A DNA stretch of 47,454 nucleotides from Bifidobacterium breve (GTDB lineage Bacteria > Actinomycetota > Actinomycetes > S36-B12), in the NCBI GenBank assembly GCA_945861925.1, contig CAMAWO010000002.1:1-47454 (forward strand). The letters are read 5' to 3'. The position numbers were made by a program, and so were the translations under genes. How positions within the stretch are numbered: the first letter of the stretch is position 1; every line of letters begins with the position of its first letter. Of the stretch, positions 45,800 to 47,454 are shown piece after piece. The notes under the pieces were generated by a model. It searched no databases. It worked only from the letters and a program-made list of their open reading frames with translations, and was not told where the DNA came from.

Positions 45800-46236
45800 T
45801 CGTCGTCGACACATCCGCCATCAGCGCCATCGCCTTCGATGAGCCTGAGCGCCGCGAGTTTGTCGAACTCATCTCGGCCGCAGGCTCTGCATTCATCAGC
45901 GCAGCGACAGTAGTTGAGGCCAAAATCGTGATTCATGCTCGACGAGGATCAGCCGGCATCGTGCTTCTTGATTCACTGATCGGCCGAGCGCCTTTTGAGA
46001 TTGCGCCGACTAACGAACTAGAGGCCAGGATCGCCTACGAAGCGTTCATTATCTATGGCAAGGGCAACGGTCATCCGGCCCAACTCAACTTCGGAGACCT
46101 CTTCTCCTATGCAGTCGCCAAGGCTCGCGGCCTACCATTGCTCTTTAAGGGCAATGACTTCTCGCAGACTGACATCCTTGACGCGCGCCTCAACCGCCCA
46201 GCCCGTTTTCGTCCAGACGATAACGTCCTGAAATGA
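45796..46236 (+). CDS. vapC: type II toxin VapC (PIN-domain ribonuclease)
   Basis: MIVVDTSAI (Asp5), VVEA (Glu), FGDLFSYAVA (Asp) and LLFKGNDFSQTDI form the canonical VapC acidic quartet layout. Confidence 0.85.
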   Translation: MIVVDTSAISAIAFDEPERREFVELISAAGSAFISAATVVEAKIVIHARRGSAGIVLLDSLIGRAPFEIAPTNELEARIAYEAFIIYGKGNGHPAQLNFGDLFSYAVAKARGLPLLFKGNDFSQTDILDARLNRPARFRPDDNVLK

Positions 46237-46433
46237 CACTCGACGATGCCACGCGCCGGCAAATGCGATTTTCGCTGTTCCTCCAGGGCGCGGCCCTGCT
46301 CATGTTCACCGTCGCACTCATCGCACAGATCGTGACCGGAGGCGCACCGGCACTCATCTTGGTGTTCGGTGTCGGCGTCATTTTCGTGGCGCTGGCCATG
46401 GCCTTCACCTCAACGAGAATGCGGCGTCACTGA
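46233..46433 (+). CDS. small 2-TM membrane protein (66 aa), translationally coupled to vapC
   Basis: ATGA overlap with the vapC stop. Two clear hydrophobic helices (FSLFLQGAALLMFTVALIAQIV and ALILVFGVGVIFVALAMAF) with basic ends. Confidence 0.45.
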   Translation: MTLDDATRRQMRFSLFLQGAALLMFTVALIAQIVTGGAPALILVFGVGVIFVALAMAFTSTRMRRH

Positions 46434-46506
46434 AGCAATCGACACAGGCCCACGTGCTAACTGTCACCAGCGCCACCGGATCCGGGGTCTCTCGATAGGC
46501 AACCCG

Positions 46507-47112
46507 TCAGCGGGTGAGAGCAGCGGCGAGCAACTCCGCGACGAGAATCAAGTCGTCCTGAGTCGTTCCCTCGCCTTCTGGGATGCCCTTGATCCTCTTC
46601 AGCGTGCGATCACGCCCTTGCTCGAACCAGCGAAGCACATGCAGGTGAGCATCGTCCTTCAACTGCTGTCCAGCCGCGCGAAGGCCATCGACTACCGAAC
46701 GACTGGTAGTCGAGTCCGTGGTGAGGCGCACGATATCCAAAAGGTCCGAGCCCTCCTTTGCGGCTCCCCGGTTCATAGCGGACTGGAGTTTCATGGCCAC
46801 GAGAGCTGCGGGCTGAGCGACGAGAACATCGACGTGGGCCGAAGCATCAGATATCAGCGTCATGAGCGTGTAGCAGCATTCATCGATGACTATGTCGCGC
46901 GCCGTGGGATGAGTGGCAAGTGGAGTTCCAAGACGCAGGTGCAGCGCAAGGCCGACTTCAGACCATTGCGTGAGATTGCGATACGCGACAACCTGCAATG
47001 CCGCCACATGAACGCAATGCACCTGCGTGAATGCCTGCGCTGCGCTGGTACAGCTGGACGAGGCACCAGCCTGCGGGGTCTGCTGCGCACGATGCTCGTG
47101 TTCGGCCGGCAC
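46507..47112 (-). CDS. nucleotidyltransferase (AbiEii/AbiGii-toxin-like) family protein, possibly 5'-truncated remnant
   Basis: The C-terminal two thirds (HVDVLVAQPAALVAMKLQSAMNRGAAKEGSDLLDIVRL) resemble the AbiEii-type block K...R....kD..Di..L. The N-terminal ~60 aa look non-protein-like and overlap an open plus-strand frame. Confidence 0.35.
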   Translation of the reverse strand: MPAEHEHRAQQTPQAGASSSCTSAAQAFTQVHCVHVAALQVVAYRNLTQWSEVGLALHLRLGTPLATHPTARDIVIDECCYTLMTLISDASAHVDVLVAQPAALVAMKLQSAMNRGAAKEGSDLLDIVRLTTDSTTSRSVVDGLRAAGQQLKDDAHLHVLRWFEQGRDRTLKRIKGIPEGEGTTQDDLILVAELLAAALTR

Positions 47113-47247
47113 GCCGGGTACTTCACCCGCGACCAGGCTGAGCTGATCGACGCGGTTACCTGGACGCCGCCGGTCGGTTATGTGCGGCCACGGTCACGTC
47201 GTGATCAGGCGAAGTTGCACGTCCACATCGCCACAGGCGGTGAAGTC

Positions 47248-47454
47248 ATGACACACGATCAAGTCAAGTTATGGGCCAAGGCTTGTCAGAAGCATTGGGT
47301 TCACGGCTTTGCCTTCATTCATGCGTGTGCGTTGCTGGGGTTGCGGAGTGGGAAGGTGCGTCCGCTGACAGCAAGTGCTGAAGTTGCATTTTCCGGCAGC
47401 GGCAACCTTGTCGATCTCGATAACCACGTCGTTCGGATCCGTTGGCAAGCGACG
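47248..47454 (+). CDS. tyrosine recombinase / phage-type integrase, partial (runs off window end)
   Basis: Own translation: MTHDQVKLWAKACQKHWVHGFAFIHACALLGLRSGKVRPLTASAEVAFSGSGNLVDLDNHVVRIRWQAT. This fits the start of an integrase catalytic domain (lt.dqv..l..a ... tGlR.gE...L ... vdld...v.i). The frame stays open upstream to at least 46840, so the true start is unknown. GC appears lower here than in the core by eye. Confidence 0.5.
   Translation, partial: MTHDQVKLWAKACQKHWVHGFAFIHACALLGLRSGKVRPLTASAEVAFSGSGNLVDLDNHVVRIRWQAT

Overview
This is a 47.45-kb, gene-dense, high-GC segment that reads like an Actinomycetota (Micrococcales-type) chromosome. No rRNA, tRNA or CRISPR array was recognised by eye.

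Backbone: mostly minus-strand and housekeeping, with many 1-4 nt start/stop overlaps. From memory it is syntenic with the Mycobacterium tuberculosis lysS...ppa region. It carries:
- lysS
- a DUF2520 gene followed by panC-nadB-nadC-coaX
- ftsH-folE-folP-folB-folK-DUF3180
- hpt, tilS, an HExxH metalloprotease, dacB and ppa
- a pst phosphate-uptake locus in unusual order (pstC-pstA-pstB, then pstS, then a degenerate pstS-like lipoprotein gene), with PHO-box-like 11-nt direct repeats
- a DEAD-box helicase, and DsbA-like, histidine-phosphatase and TPP-decarboxylase genes

Left end: a GntR-flanked catabolic/uptake operon with two Rieske oxygenase alpha subunits, an AstE/AspA-family deacylase, an M20-type amidase fragment and a polar amino-acid ABC importer.

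Accessory insertions that interrupt the backbone:
1. A degraded IS5-family transposase plus an HTH/PIN toxin-antitoxin pair (11.1-13.2 kb).
2. A plus-strand pair of a MidA/NDUFAF7-family methyltransferase and an orphan NuoD/NDUFS2-like protein (18.36-20.37 kb). This is the most interesting candidate. It mirrors the eukaryotic complex I assembly enzyme-substrate pair, and the target Arg motif is retained.
3. A secreted virginiamycin-B-lyase-like beta-propeller protein followed by apparently lower-GC gene debris and repeats (25.7-27.3 kb).
4. vapBC with a translationally coupled small membrane ORF, a nucleotidyltransferase-like remnant and a partial tyrosine recombinase at the right edge (45.5-47.45 kb).

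All functional calls rest on by-eye motif recognition in the supplied translations. No database search was run.
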